Shown piece by piece: positions 47,329-56,790 of a stretch of 64,000 nt of DNA; position 1 is the first letter of the stretch; every line of letters starts with the position of its first letter. The stretch comes from Parcubacteria group bacterium. GTDB lineage: Bacteria; Patescibacteriota; Minisyncoccia; Phycocordibacterales; CALRBT01. The notes below the pieces were generated by a model, which worked only from the letters and a program-made list of their open reading frames with translations, was not told where the DNA came from and searched no databases. A program made the position numbers and the translations under genes. The DNA lies in contig CALRBT010000001.1 of NCBI GenBank assembly GCA_943354475.1, forward strand, positions 101,424 through 165,423, in the 5' to 3' direction.

Positions 47329-49452
47329 TTAGAATCCAAAAATACTACCTAATCCAAGATAGAAGTTTCCCAAGAAATCTCTCATCGAAAGACCAAGTTT
47401 TGCCAAGAATCCTTTTGGTTTAAGAGTGGTTGGTTTTGAGTCTGCATTACTTGTTGTTGTCGCTTTGGTAATAGTAGTTGTTAGTGTTTGGTTTGTTTGT
47501 GGTCTAACTACCTTTTTAATAACTTGAACTGGAGTGGTTGTCGATACAAGAGTTATTTGGTCAGTTGAAGTCCTTTCGATGAACGCGTTAATTTCCGTGA
47601 GTGCTGGCGGGGTTGTAGTTGCAACCTGCTCTGTACTTGTTGCAGTTGTTGTGGAGGTTGTTGTGCGAATTATTAATGCGTCAGATGATCCGCCACTAGA
47701 GGTAACTAGTATCGGTTTAGAGAAGTTTTTTAGAACCCCATTCCATGACAATCCCATCCCTGTTGGTATCGAATAAGCAGTTGCCCACACTCTACTATCA
47801 TTATCAGTGCTCGTTGATTCAATCCCCCCATCACTTTCCTGTAGGCTCGCAAGATAGTCGTGCGGGTTTTTATTATTCATCATCCAGCCATTGTCGATAT
47901 CTTCTTGAGGGTTGAGTGCAGAGAGTGCCGTTACTGCCCAGCTAGTCGCGGGGCTATTGCCGAAACCACCATCATTTTGTTGTCTTGTTCTAAGATAACT
48001 TTTCCCATGGTTGATAGCGTCACTGACATTTGGCAGATCACTGACAAGACTGAGTGCTTGAATCGTCGCAGAGGTAAGGTCGACACTGTCCCAAGAACCG
48101 TTACTCTCTTGCTTTGAAAGAATAAACGCAACATCGGTTTTGATTATTTGATCGGTTGAAGTATAACCAGCGTGTAGAAGTGGTATAAGTGCAAAGACAT
48201 CATCATTAAAGAGTATTGGATCACCAAACTGTGTGCCATCAAAGGAGTCTATAATCTTGCTAATATAGTTGAAGTTAGTTCCGTTGTATGGATTAACACC
48301 AAGTGCTTGAAGTGCCATAGCCCTCCTTTCGTAATCAGTCAGGAGAGCATTCTCTGTTGGTCTGTTGGTTGTGATATAGTCTTTAAGGTTTTCCTTTGCG
48401 GAGTTGCTACCATTATATGACCCAAAGGCGATCGCAACCCAGTCACTATAGAGATCAGCGCCATAGGATCCATTGGCGTGTTGTTTGCTGACAAGAAAGT
48501 TGATTGCATTTACTACGTTAATTTTATTGTGTGTCACGCCTCCGCCTCCGCCACCACCGCCAGTGTTATTATCTGGTGTAGTTGTTGCAGTAGTCGTAGC
48601 TTCTCGTAGAAACGGAGAGAGAATAATTGATTCACTTGAGACCGACCCTGCTTTGTGTACGAAGAGCGAGTAGGGAGTAGTAGTGCTCGGACTAAAGTCA
48701 AAGAGACCTGTAGTACTCGTTGCGACATCTGTACCGTTTATATTAAGGACACTGTCGGTTGCTGTGGCTAGTGTCCAAAGATTACTATCAAAGTAAAAAG
48801 CATTAAGTGTCGTGGTCGCACCGACCTCAGGGGTCATTGTTGAAGAAGTAAGTGTCAGTGGGGAGGTGTTATAGGTAATAACAAGAGTTTCATTTGGGGT
48901 GAGCGTGTGGCCATCAAGTCCTGTTGCACCTGGATTGATAGTACCAGGGGCACTATTAAACCATAGCCAGAATTTATTATTTATAAAATCAGAGATATAT
49001 TCATTGATTCCATCGATGCTGACCCCAAATGAGTACCAGGTTTTAGCCAGTGTCCAACCCATTTCTTTTGCTACTTGCTCGATTGCACAGAATCCGTTGA
49101 TAGTCGTTGTGGTTCCGGTTTCTGAATTTTGGCAAGCATGAACCATAACATCTTGGTTGTACAATTCAGCGTCATTTGCTTGAACTTTAAGCCGAATAGT
49201 TGTTGTTGGTTCTGTGGTTGTAGATGTTACTAATATTTCTGGAGTTGATGTAGACCCTTCAGTTTCAAGAATTTGATCAGTACTCGTTGATGTGGAAATA
49301 GGAGTATGGTCCTCAATAATTATATCGGTCGTTGTTGCAACTGGATCCGTCGTGGTAGCTTCATCTGCCTGTGAAAGGTTTGGAAACAGAATGAGTAAGG
49401 ATACTGTGATAGAAAGAAGGAGCCAAAGAGTGGTAGTTGTTTTTAATTTCAT
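47329..49452 (-). CDS. Secreted 707-aa Thr/Gly-rich protein with four alpha/alpha-toroid (prenyltransferase/squalene-oxidase-like) repeats
   Basis: Signal peptide MKLKTTTTLWLLLSITVSLLILF. The four repeats are FLVSKQHANGSYG, FILSKQESNGSWD, YLRTRQQNDGGFG and YLASLQESDGGIE. Also a Gly8 run and Thr-rich linkers. Confidence 0.65.
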   Translation of the reverse strand: MKLKTTTTLWLLLSITVSLLILFPNLSQADEATTTDPVATTTDIIIEDHTPISTSTSTDQILETEGSTSTPEILVTSTTTEPTTTIRLKVQANDAELYNQDVMVHACQNSETGTTTTINGFCAIEQVAKEMGWTLAKTWYSFGVSIDGINEYISDFINNKFWLWFNSAPGTINPGATGLDGHTLTPNETLVITYNTSPLTLTSSTMTPEVGATTTLNAFYFDSNLWTLATATDSVLNINGTDVATSTTGLFDFSPSTTTPYSLFVHKAGSVSSESIILSPFLREATTTATTTPDNNTGGGGGGGGVTHNKINVVNAINFLVSKQHANGSYGADLYSDWVAIAFGSYNGSNSAKENLKDYITTNRPTENALLTDYERRAMALQALGVNPYNGTNFNYISKIIDSFDGTQFGDPILFNDDVFALIPLLHAGYTSTDQIIKTDVAFILSKQESNGSWDSVDLTSATIQALSLVSDLPNVSDAINHGKSYLRTRQQNDGGFGNSPATSWAVTALSALNPQEDIDNGWMMNNKNPHDYLASLQESDGGIESTSTDNDSRVWATAYSIPTGMGLSWNGVLKNFSKPILVTSSGGSSDALIIRTTTSTTTATSTEQVATTTPPALTEINAFIERTSTDQITLVSTTTPVQVIKKVVRPQTNQTLTTTITKATTTSNADSKPTTLKPKGFLAKLGLSMRDFLGNFYLGLGSIFGF

Positions 49453-49470
49453 AATTTATGATATTAGTTT

Positions 49471-50031
49471 TTAATTTTCACTTTCGTATTTCCACTCAAC
49501 AACATCTCCATTTTTTAGAATGTAGTTTGATATGCCAACAATCGCTCGTTTGTTATTTACGGAGTAGATCCAGTAGAACCCCGCTTTGTCTCCACCTCTT
49601 ATTCCACCGATAGAATCAATTAAAAAACCAAGCACGGGGTATGACTTGGTGGTAAATAATAATCCTCTTTCTTTTTTTGCAACCTCTAAGAGTTTGTAGA
49701 CAGATGATTCTTCAGGAATTGTAATACTCTCTGTGAAATCAGGAAGCTTGAGAATTACTGTTATTTGTTTTTGTTCAGGTAATACGGGTACGTTTTCTTT
49801 GGTAGCTGTACCCGCGACTTCTATTTGGGGTGTCTTTGAAATTGGAGCATCTTCAGGATGCTGGATTAGAGTTCTTATTGAAGTAGTTGCAATCTTCGAT
49901 ACAGTATTAGTCTGTGAAAGATTTTCTGTTGATAAAACAATCTGTGGTTTTTGGTGAATTAAAATTGCAAAGAGAATACCCCCTATAAATGTAACCACAC
50001 CCACTAAAATTAATTTATGTTTTTGCTGCAT
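49471..50031 (-). CDS. Membrane-anchored DUF4430-like protein (transcobalamin beta-domain-like)
   Basis: N-terminal TM segment. The C-terminal GFLIDSIGGIRGGDKAGFYWIYSVNNKRAIVGISNYILKNGDVVEWKY matches the DUF4430 pattern. Confidence 0.55.
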   Translation of the reverse strand: MQQKHKLILVGVVTFIGGILFAILIHQKPQIVLSTENLSQTNTVSKIATTSIRTLIQHPEDAPISKTPQIEVAGTATKENVPVLPEQKQITVILKLPDFTESITIPEESSVYKLLEVAKKERGLLFTTKSYPVLGFLIDSIGGIRGGDKAGFYWIYSVNNKRAIVGISNYILKNGDVVEWKYESEN

Positions 50032-50056
50032 ACGGCAAGTTTTTTAATGATAAATT

Positions 50057-50311
50057 AAAAAAACCGCTTCAATTCTGAGCGGGAATACTTGCATATCGGG
50101 GCAAATTATTTGCGGATACATGATATGGGTTTTCTGCTCGGAAAAGAAACGTTATCTTCAGACCGGACTCGTTTTGATTCAAGAGAGAATCAAGCATTAC
50201 CGTTGCGGCACAGTAGGGGAATCAAACCCCATTTCCAGTCCAAATAGTTTAAAATCACAAGGGTATTAAACATATCAAGACCTGACTCCACGAAAGAGTT
50301 CAAAAGACAAC
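50057..50311 (-). promoter_or_regulatory. Candidate cobalamin (B12) riboswitch with promoter and terminator, in the 5' UTR of the DUF4430/toroid-repeat operon
   Basis: The minus strand reads UGGAAAUGGGGUUUGAUUCCCCUACUGUGCCGCAACGGUAAUGC, matching the conserved GGGAA..GGUG..AAUCC..GCUG.CCCGCAACUGUAA core. A degenerate B12 box AGUCCGGUCUG follows. A promoter TTGCAC-16-TATAAT precedes it and a hairpin CCGCUC..GAAGCGG plus U7 follows it. Confidence 0.55.
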
Positions 50312-50416
50312 AGGTGCATTATATCTACCATGTTAGGGAGTGCAACCATTAATCCTATTGACTCGTAATAAGAATAAGGGTAAAAAATATGCATTAGGGT
50401 ATAATTAAACATCTCT

Positions 50417-51388
50417 ATGAAATCATATCGACTATTTCTAATAATTGTTCTTATTCTGTTCTGTGTCGTCCTTGTAGGGGTCGGTAACTTTTATGCATTT
50501 CGTCACGTTGTCGGCCTTACCAATCAGCAAAGTGCTTCATTTGATCAAAAAATTCTCCTGCTGCAAAAAGATATTGCTACCCTCGGCGATGAACTACAAA
50601 AAGTTTCAGGTGAGAGTAAGAGCACGGTAGTTTCTTTGAGTGAGGTCGAGCGAAGACAAAACGTTCGAGTAAAGTCCCAAGACGAGTTGGTCACGGATGC
50701 AGTATCAAAGGTGGTACCTTCGGTAGTTTCAATTGTTGTTTCCAAAGATGTTCCACAACTCGAGATTACGTATCAAAATCCATTTGGTAATGACCCTTTT
50801 TTCAAAGACTTTGGATTCCAGGTGCCTGTCTATCAACAAAAAGGAACAAAGCATCAAAAGGTGGGGGCAGGTAGCGGATTTATTGTTTCATCAAAAGGAT
50901 ACATTGTTACCAATAAACATGTCGTGACAGACCAAGCTGCAGACTACACCGTTTTGCTTTCAAATGGAAAACAATTACCTGCGAAGGTGGTTTATCGAGA
51001 TTCAGCCGATGATGTTGCGGTTATTAAAATAGAAGGTTCTTATTCATCAGTTCAATTTGGTAATTCAGAACTATTGAAACCTGGACAGAGTGTTGTTGCT
51101 ATCGGTAATGCTCTCGGTGAGTTTAACAATTCAGTGTCGGTTGGAATCATCTCAGGACTCAACCGCACGATTCAAGCGGGGGGTAATAGTGGAGGAGCAC
51201 CGATACAACTCACTGGTGTTATCCAAACCGATGCTGCCATCAATCCAGGAAACTCTGGCGGTCCATTAATTGATTTAACAGGAAAGGTTATTGGGGTGAA
51301 CGTAGCGACCGTTCTGGGATCAAGTAATATTAGTTTTTCAATTCCAACAAATAAAATTAAAGCGATTTTGGATAAGGTGGTTAAGTAG
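50417..51388 (+). CDS. Trypsin-like serine protease of the HtrA/DegP (S1C) family, without a PDZ domain
   Basis: His, Asp and Ser catalytic regions (GYIVTNKHVV, DVAVIKI, GNSGGPL) and an N-terminal TM segment. Confidence 0.8.
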   Translation: MKSYRLFLIIVLILFCVVLVGVGNFYAFRHVVGLTNQQSASFDQKILLLQKDIATLGDELQKVSGESKSTVVSLSEVERRQNVRVKSQDELVTDAVSKVVPSVVSIVVSKDVPQLEITYQNPFGNDPFFKDFGFQVPVYQQKGTKHQKVGAGSGFIVSSKGYIVTNKHVVTDQAADYTVLLSNGKQLPAKVVYRDSADDVAVIKIEGSYSSVQFGNSELLKPGQSVVAIGNALGEFNNSVSVGIISGLNRTIQAGGNSGGAPIQLTGVIQTDAAINPGNSGGPLIDLTGKVIGVNVATVLGSSNISFSIPTNKIKAILDKVVK

Positions 51389-51389
51389 C

Positions 51390-52040
51390 TCAGAGCTTCT
51401 TTGACTTTGACCACTCGACATTTCCATCGATCACTTTGCGTTCAAATTCGGTGGCGTTGCGCAGACCCTTGGCCATTTTTTCAGTAATAAGTGGAATGTG
51501 TTTAATATCGTCAATGTCTTCGGCGATGTAATGGAGATCTTCTTCACTCGTCACCCACTCCAAATCCTTATCGAGTTTTTTGTACCGCAGAAGATTAAAA
51601 GGGACTGAGAAGCTCCGTAGGCTCTTGATACCTTTTTTGTGCGCATTGGTGTATTCGTGGAAGTATGAGAGAGCCAACTCTCTTTGTGTTCGATACACTG
51701 GATCGCGGTAACGCAGTACCGCATGGTTGGTCTTACTGATAGCGCCCCAATATCCATCTTTCTTGAAGAGGGCGACAACATGATCCTCGTCGTTATGAGT
51801 TTTGAAATCCATTAGTAACGGCACTCCTCCGTTGACCCAAAGGGCGCAGGCGGCAATGAGTGCGGCTTCCATACAGTGGACCTTTTTTTCTCGAAGCGCT
51901 CTGGATACTGACATATACGTCTCACCAGTTTCTTCAAAATTAATAGGTAATTTATCTAAGTAATCTTGGATTTTAACAGGGGTATTTAGTTTGCGCAGAA
52001 GGGAATAGTCGCCTTTAGATAATCCAAATCTAGTGTGCAT
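51390..52040 (-). CDS. Hypothetical protein, possibly a papain-like or transglutaminase-like Cys-His fold
   Basis: A HCMEAALIAACAL ... DHVVALFKKDGYWG arrangement. Weak evidence. Confidence 0.35.
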   Translation of the reverse strand: MHTRFGLSKGDYSLLRKLNTPVKIQDYLDKLPINFEETGETYMSVSRALREKKVHCMEAALIAACALWVNGGVPLLMDFKTHNDEDHVVALFKKDGYWGAISKTNHAVLRYRDPVYRTQRELALSYFHEYTNAHKKGIKSLRSFSVPFNLLRYKKLDKDLEWVTSEEDLHYIAEDIDDIKHIPLITEKMAKGLRNATEFERKVIDGNVEWSKSKKL

Positions 52041-52045
52041 AGTGT

Positions 52046-52399
52046 TTAGATAAAGATGTGTCGAGCATAGATAATCGCACCCACCGCCACTGAAGTGATT
52101 GCACTAACGAGGACGAAGGCGCCCATAGTATCTTTTATCTTACCAATCATTTGATCGTGATGAGGTTCTACTTTATTACAAAGATCTTCGATTGCTGTAT
52201 TGGCGATTTCAGCGGCGAGAACAAACCCAACTAGAAAAATCAAAATTGCTACTTCAAGATACGAAAAATCAATATAAAAAAAAGAGCAAAAAACAAGGAT
52301 TGCTACCAAGGAGTCAATCTTAAAGTTAAATTCCTCACGCCAAACCGTGACCAAACCATTTCCTGCGTTTCGAAATGAAAATATAAGTTTCTTAAACAT
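52046..52399 (-). CDS. dgkA: Diacylglycerol kinase / undecaprenol kinase family protein
   Basis: AAEIANTAIEDLCNKV...GKIKDTMGAFVLVSAI resembles the DgkA pattern. The start was moved to the MFKKLIF ATG. Confidence 0.65.
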   Translation of the reverse strand: MFKKLIFSFRNAGNGLVTVWREEFNFKIDSLVAILVFCSFFYIDFSYLEVAILIFLVGFVLAAEIANTAIEDLCNKVEPHHDQMIGKIKDTMGAFVLVSAITSVAVGAIIYARHIFI

Positions 52400-52459
52400 T
52401 GTTGCTATTTTACCATAAAAGCCCTCTTCTTGATCCAGCAAGCTTAGTTTTCTGTCCAG

Positions 52460-52930
52460 GTGTTGTATACTAGTGGTATGGAAATACAAACAGTAAGTTC
52501 GCTTGAGGAACTGCGCAAAGGACGCAGACCAATTCGTAATATTAACATTGAACACCGAGAGCATCTAACCCGTCTTGAACGCTTTGCGGCATGGATTACA
52601 GGACATGTCGGTACGATGGGGTTTTTCCTCATCATTTTTTTATGGACCACCCTCTGGCTTTCGTGGAATGTGTTTACTCCAGAGCAGTACCATTTTGATC
52701 CATACCCAGCGTTTGTCTTTTGGCTCTTTATTTCAAATATGATTCAAATATTTCTTATGCCTTTGATTATGATTGGGCAGAATCTTCAGGGGAGGCATGC
52801 AGAGGCTCGCGCTGAATCAGATTATGAAGTTAATATGAAATCTGCTGAAGAAATTGAAACGATACTGGCACATCTTGAGGCACAGCGGGATACATTGAAT
52901 GCAATAAAAAAACAATTAGAAGGAAAATAG
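52460..52930 (+). CDS. DUF1003-family membrane protein
   Basis: FDPYPAFVFWLFISNMIQIFLMPLIMIGQNLQ core. The start may be the ATG at 52478. Confidence 0.55.
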   Translation: MLYTSGMEIQTVSSLEELRKGRRPIRNINIEHREHLTRLERFAAWITGHVGTMGFFLIIFLWTTLWLSWNVFTPEQYHFDPYPAFVFWLFISNMIQIFLMPLIMIGQNLQGRHAEARAESDYEVNMKSAEEIETILAHLEAQRDTLNAIKKQLEGK

Positions 52931-52941
52931 CCTTTCGTAGC

Positions 52942-53532
52942 TTATTTGAGTTTTAAGGTATCAGTGTTTACTGCTCCCGTACGAAGCACTTTTATAGTAC
53001 CTTCTTCACTTAGAGAAATAAGTGTTGAAGGTTTTCCGGTTAGGGTTTCGTTTCCAAGGTAGTAATCTACACGATCACCAAAGTACGAACGTGCGTTTGT
53101 GATTGTGAGAGCGGGTGGTTTGCCCTCCGGGTTAGCGCTCGGTGCAAGGAGGGGTCCTGTTTGTTTTAGAAAATTTAAAAGAAACTCACTCTTTGGTATG
53201 CGAAAGGCCAAGGAACACTTTCCCCGATGGAGATATTGAAAGGCCTCGTCGTTGCAAGGAAGAATGACACTTACTGGATTTGGCCAGAGCTTTGAAAGTA
53301 CCGTTTTTGTTTCCTCACGTAGGGTGATTCCAAAGAGCTCTATATCCTTTATTGCCCTAATCAAGATTATGCAGGGTTTATCAAATGAGCGATTTTTGAT
53401 TGCGTAAAGACGACCTTCTGCTTCTTTGTTCAGCGCAGAGCAAACCATCCCGTACACGGTGTCGGTTGGAATCACTGCAATTCCGCCATTACGGAGTATA
53501 TTGATACAAGTGTCGATTTCAGATTCATTCAT
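52942..53532 (-). CDS. tsaC: L-threonylcarbamoyladenylate synthase (YrdC/TsaC family)
   Basis: GGIAVIPTDTVYGMVCSALN...IKNRSFDKPCIILI. The start was moved to the MNESEID ATG. Confidence 0.75.
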   Translation of the reverse strand: MNESEIDTCINILRNGGIAVIPTDTVYGMVCSALNKEAEGRLYAIKNRSFDKPCIILIRAIKDIELFGITLREETKTVLSKLWPNPVSVILPCNDEAFQYLHRGKCSLAFRIPKSEFLLNFLKQTGPLLAPSANPEGKPPALTITNARSYFGDRVDYYLGNETLTGKPSTLISLSEEGTIKVLRTGAVNTDTLKLK

Positions 53533-53625
53533 GTTTTGACACGATACGCTAAAAACAAAAGAAATCAACAACGACAGCATGGTATAGTTAGATATAATTT
53601 TCTTCAATCAGGGGGAAAACGATAT

Positions 53626-55992
53626 ATGGATTCAACTTTCAACTTACTGACGCGTAAATACAAAGAAGTTAGCCTTCTTGTTTTTCGTAACGTTTTTGTG
53701 TTGATTAATGTCATTGTTTTTTTTGTGGTTGGATTACTGATATATGTTGGTAACACCAAGGAAGGAATGTTCCTCGGAATTATTGTAATACTCAATGTTA
53801 TTATCGGGATTTTTCAGGATCTTAGGGCGTGGCTTGTACTTGAAAGATTAAATTTACTCACGGCGCTTTCTGTAACGCGCATCGGAGATGATGGTTTGGA
53901 AAGCGATGTGTTACCTGAAGAAATAGTCAAAGGCGATAAAATAAAATTAAAATCAGGAGACCAAATTCCTCGAGATGGAATACTCCTCTCGTCTCTGGGA
54001 CTTGAGATAAACAATGCTTTGATCACAGGTGAATCAACTTCTTTCTTAATGAAAGGGGGCAACCAAATATTGGCCGGCAGTATCATTACTGCTGGATCCG
54101 CTGTCATGGAGGCAAGTGCTGCTTATGGTGATAGTCGAATCGCCCAGATGACTGTCAAAATCAAAAAATATTCAAAAAATGATAGTCCAATTCAAGGTTC
54201 AATCAACACAATCGTCACGTATTCAGGGTATGTTTTGATTGCCGTTATTCTTTTTGTTATCGCACGTGGTGCTCTTCAGCAAGAATCATCAATAACCATT
54301 ATTCAGCAAGTCGGGGCACTTGCCAGCACGTTGGTTCCACAGGGTTTGGTGATTGCAACAACACTACTTTTTGCTTACGGAGCAACACATCTCTTCAATC
54401 GCCACGTGCTCTTACAAGAAATGAATGCTGTCGAAAAGCTCGGGCACATTAAGAATTTGTGTATGGATAAAACAGGGACATTAACCGAGAATATGCCAAC
54501 GGTTGAGGCGATGCTTATTCCACCGGAAGGGAACAAAGAACAGGCGGAACGTCTCGCTTCACTTTATGTCGACTTGATAGGAGATTCGTCACAGACAATT
54601 GAAGCAATCAAAAAGTTCACCCCAAAAACACTTACGAGTAAAACACCAAAGGAAACACTCCTATTTTCATCATGGCGAGGTTTTGGTGGATTACTTCTCG
54701 AAGAAGGGGAGAGAGGGGCGCTGTTTCTTGGCGCACCAGAGATTTTTGCCCAACAAATAGTTTCAGAGAAAGAGAAGGTGTGGCTTCAGTCAGTAGTTAC
54801 GGAACAAACTGCTAAAGGTCGACGGGTTATCTCATTGATGCAATCAAATCAGCAGGAATCAGCAATTCAATTGGTGGGAAGTAAACTTTCGGTTGTTGCA
54901 GTCTTTGTCTTGGAAAATAACTTACGTGAAGGAATACCAGAGGCAATTGCTTATTTTCAAAACAGGGGGGTTCGTATCCGTGTCATTTCAGGAGATAATC
55001 TCGAGACGGTTCGGTCCGTGGTTCGGTCGGCAGGCATTCTAAAACCAGAACTTGCAATCAGTGGCGATGAATTACAGTTACTCAATAGCGATGAATTTAA
55101 TGAGAAGGTAAAATTGTACACAATTTTTGCGCGCATTAAGCCAGAACAAAAAGAGAGGATTATTGACGCTTTGAAAAAAGATGGATTCACCGCGATGGTA
55201 GGTGATGGAGCAAACGATGCGCTTGCTATAAAAACAGCAGACCTTGGTATTGCAATGTTTGATGGTGCAAAAGCAACTAGGCAACTAGCGGGCGTAGTAC
55301 TTACACATAATAGTTTTGTTGAGCTCCCCGGTGGAGTAAAACTCGCTGACAGTATCATTGAAAATATTGAAATTTATGCCAGCCTCTTTTTCAATCAAAC
55401 ATTCCTTGGTTTTTTCTTTTTTGTTCTCCTGAGTATTCTTGGATACAGTTTTCCATTTACTCCACTCAACATCACCTTCATTAACTACTTTACGGTAGGT
55501 ATTCCAAGCCTCCTTATTTTTTACTGGACAATTCGTCCAAGAGAAGAGACGTCTCCGATTAATAAACAGTCTTTTATCAAGCGGGTCCTGCCATTTCCGT
55601 TGATTTCTGCTATTCCACAATCTATTGGTGCAGTTGCTATTGTTATGTTCAGTGTTATGTATTTGAAAGAGTATAATAATTTAAATTCTATTTCAGCACT
55701 GGTCTTTATTAGCTTTGGTTATCTGTTTTTCATGTTTGCTCCAAGTTTTTATGCCAAATCTCTTCCAAAGAATCGACTGCTACAATTATTGTTATTGGCC
55801 GGAGCTGAGGCGGTCATCTTGCTCATCGCGCTCAATATTTCTTTTGTAAACGAATTTTTTAACATTTCTGCACCGGCGCTTATCTTCTTGGCATTTCTTT
55901 TACCACTGATACTCGTTTATTCTTTATTGCAGTATGGAATTTTGCGAAGAATGGCTCCGATGGTTTCAGGAACTACGGTGAAAGTGACCTAA
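53626..55992 (+). CDS. P-type cation-transporting ATPase
   Basis: TGES (ALITGESTSF), phosphorylation site CMDKTGTLTEN and hinge VGDGANDALAIKTADLGIAM. The start was set at the MDSTFNL ATG, preceded by TATAAT at about 53593. Confidence 0.85.
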   Translation: MDSTFNLLTRKYKEVSLLVFRNVFVLINVIVFFVVGLLIYVGNTKEGMFLGIIVILNVIIGIFQDLRAWLVLERLNLLTALSVTRIGDDGLESDVLPEEIVKGDKIKLKSGDQIPRDGILLSSLGLEINNALITGESTSFLMKGGNQILAGSIITAGSAVMEASAAYGDSRIAQMTVKIKKYSKNDSPIQGSINTIVTYSGYVLIAVILFVIARGALQQESSITIIQQVGALASTLVPQGLVIATTLLFAYGATHLFNRHVLLQEMNAVEKLGHIKNLCMDKTGTLTENMPTVEAMLIPPEGNKEQAERLASLYVDLIGDSSQTIEAIKKFTPKTLTSKTPKETLLFSSWRGFGGLLLEEGERGALFLGAPEIFAQQIVSEKEKVWLQSVVTEQTAKGRRVISLMQSNQQESAIQLVGSKLSVVAVFVLENNLREGIPEAIAYFQNRGVRIRVISGDNLETVRSVVRSAGILKPELAISGDELQLLNSDEFNEKVKLYTIFARIKPEQKERIIDALKKDGFTAMVGDGANDALAIKTADLGIAMFDGAKATRQLAGVVLTHNSFVELPGGVKLADSIIENIEIYASLFFNQTFLGFFFFVLLSILGYSFPFTPLNITFINYFTVGIPSLLIFYWTIRPREETSPINKQSFIKRVLPFPLISAIPQSIGAVAIVMFSVMYLKEYNNLNSISALVFISFGYLFFMFAPSFYAKSLPKNRLLQLLLLAGAEAVILLIALNISFVNEFFNISAPALIFLAFLLPLILVYSLLQYGILRRMAPMVSGTTVKVT

Positions 55993-56074
55993 TTTGCAAA
56001 GAAATTAATTATCCCTGTTTACGTACTGTAATAATTTTTGGTATACTTTTTCGTGCTAGAAATAAATTAATACT

Positions 56075-56590
56075 ATGAAAACAGAAACAATCAAGAAAGG
56101 AGGAAAGTATGAGCCTGGAAATTTTACATTGAAGGCAAAACGATCGAGTGCAGGATTAGGGCTCTATACGATGGACCCAATTAAAAAAGGGGATTGTGTC
56201 ATCGAGTACGTAGGACCAGTAGTACCTAAAGAAGAATGGGACACTATTAATAGCCTTTACCTTTTTGAGGTAACCAAGAAGAAAACTATCAACGGTGCTG
56301 TTCGGAGTAACACCGCTCGTTATATCAATCACTCTTGCAAGCCAAATTGTGAAATTGATATTCGTAAGGAGAGGGTATTTATTATGGCGAAACGTAATAT
56401 CAAAGCTGGAGAAGAACTAAGTTATGATTATGACCGAGAATATTTTGATGAATATATCAAACCAAAGGGTTGTAAGTGTGGGGCAGAAAAGCATCTCTAT
56501 AACACTCCTAAAAAAGTCACTCCAGCAAAAAAGAAAGTAACAAAAACAACAAAGGGGAAAAAGCCCAAAACCAAAAAGGGTGCAAGATAA
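56075..56590 (+). CDS. SET-domain lysine methyltransferase with a histone-H1-like KKxK-rich C-terminal tail
   Basis: GLGLYTMDPIKKGDCVIEYVG, NHSCKPNC and EELSYDY SET motifs, a post-SET CKCGAEKH, then TPKKVTPAKKKVTKTTKGKKPKTKKGAR. Confidence 0.75.
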   Translation: MKTETIKKGGKYEPGNFTLKAKRSSAGLGLYTMDPIKKGDCVIEYVGPVVPKEEWDTINSLYLFEVTKKKTINGAVRSNTARYINHSCKPNCEIDIRKERVFIMAKRNIKAGEELSYDYDREYFDEYIKPKGCKCGAEKHLYNTPKKVTPAKKKVTKTTKGKKPKTKKGAR

Positions 56591-56596
56591 AAAATA

Positions 56597-56617
56597 CCCC
56601 CGTCACGTGGACGGGGG
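56597..56617 (+). terminator. Hairpin CCCCCGTC/GACGGGGG after the SET gene
   Basis: Read directly from the sequence. Confidence 0.5.
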
Positions 56618-56790
56618 GGAAGTTTGCGCCAATAAGGCTTTTATAGGGGGAAACAAGTTAATAATATATAGTCTTTCAAAATATTGCAACATGGAGTGTG
56701 GGGAGTAATCAACAGTACTCTCTAGACTTTGTAAGTTGGCGTTGTTATACTTCATGTGGGGCAATTTACTAAAGTTTCTTAATATATTTT

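Noticed and set aside
48520-48570. Gly8 run in the surface protein as a possible slipped-strand phase-variation tract
   Set aside because: The DNA is a mixed GGN codon series (CCTCCGCCTCCGCCACCACCGCC on the plus strand), not a homopolymer or simple repeat, so slippage is unlikely.
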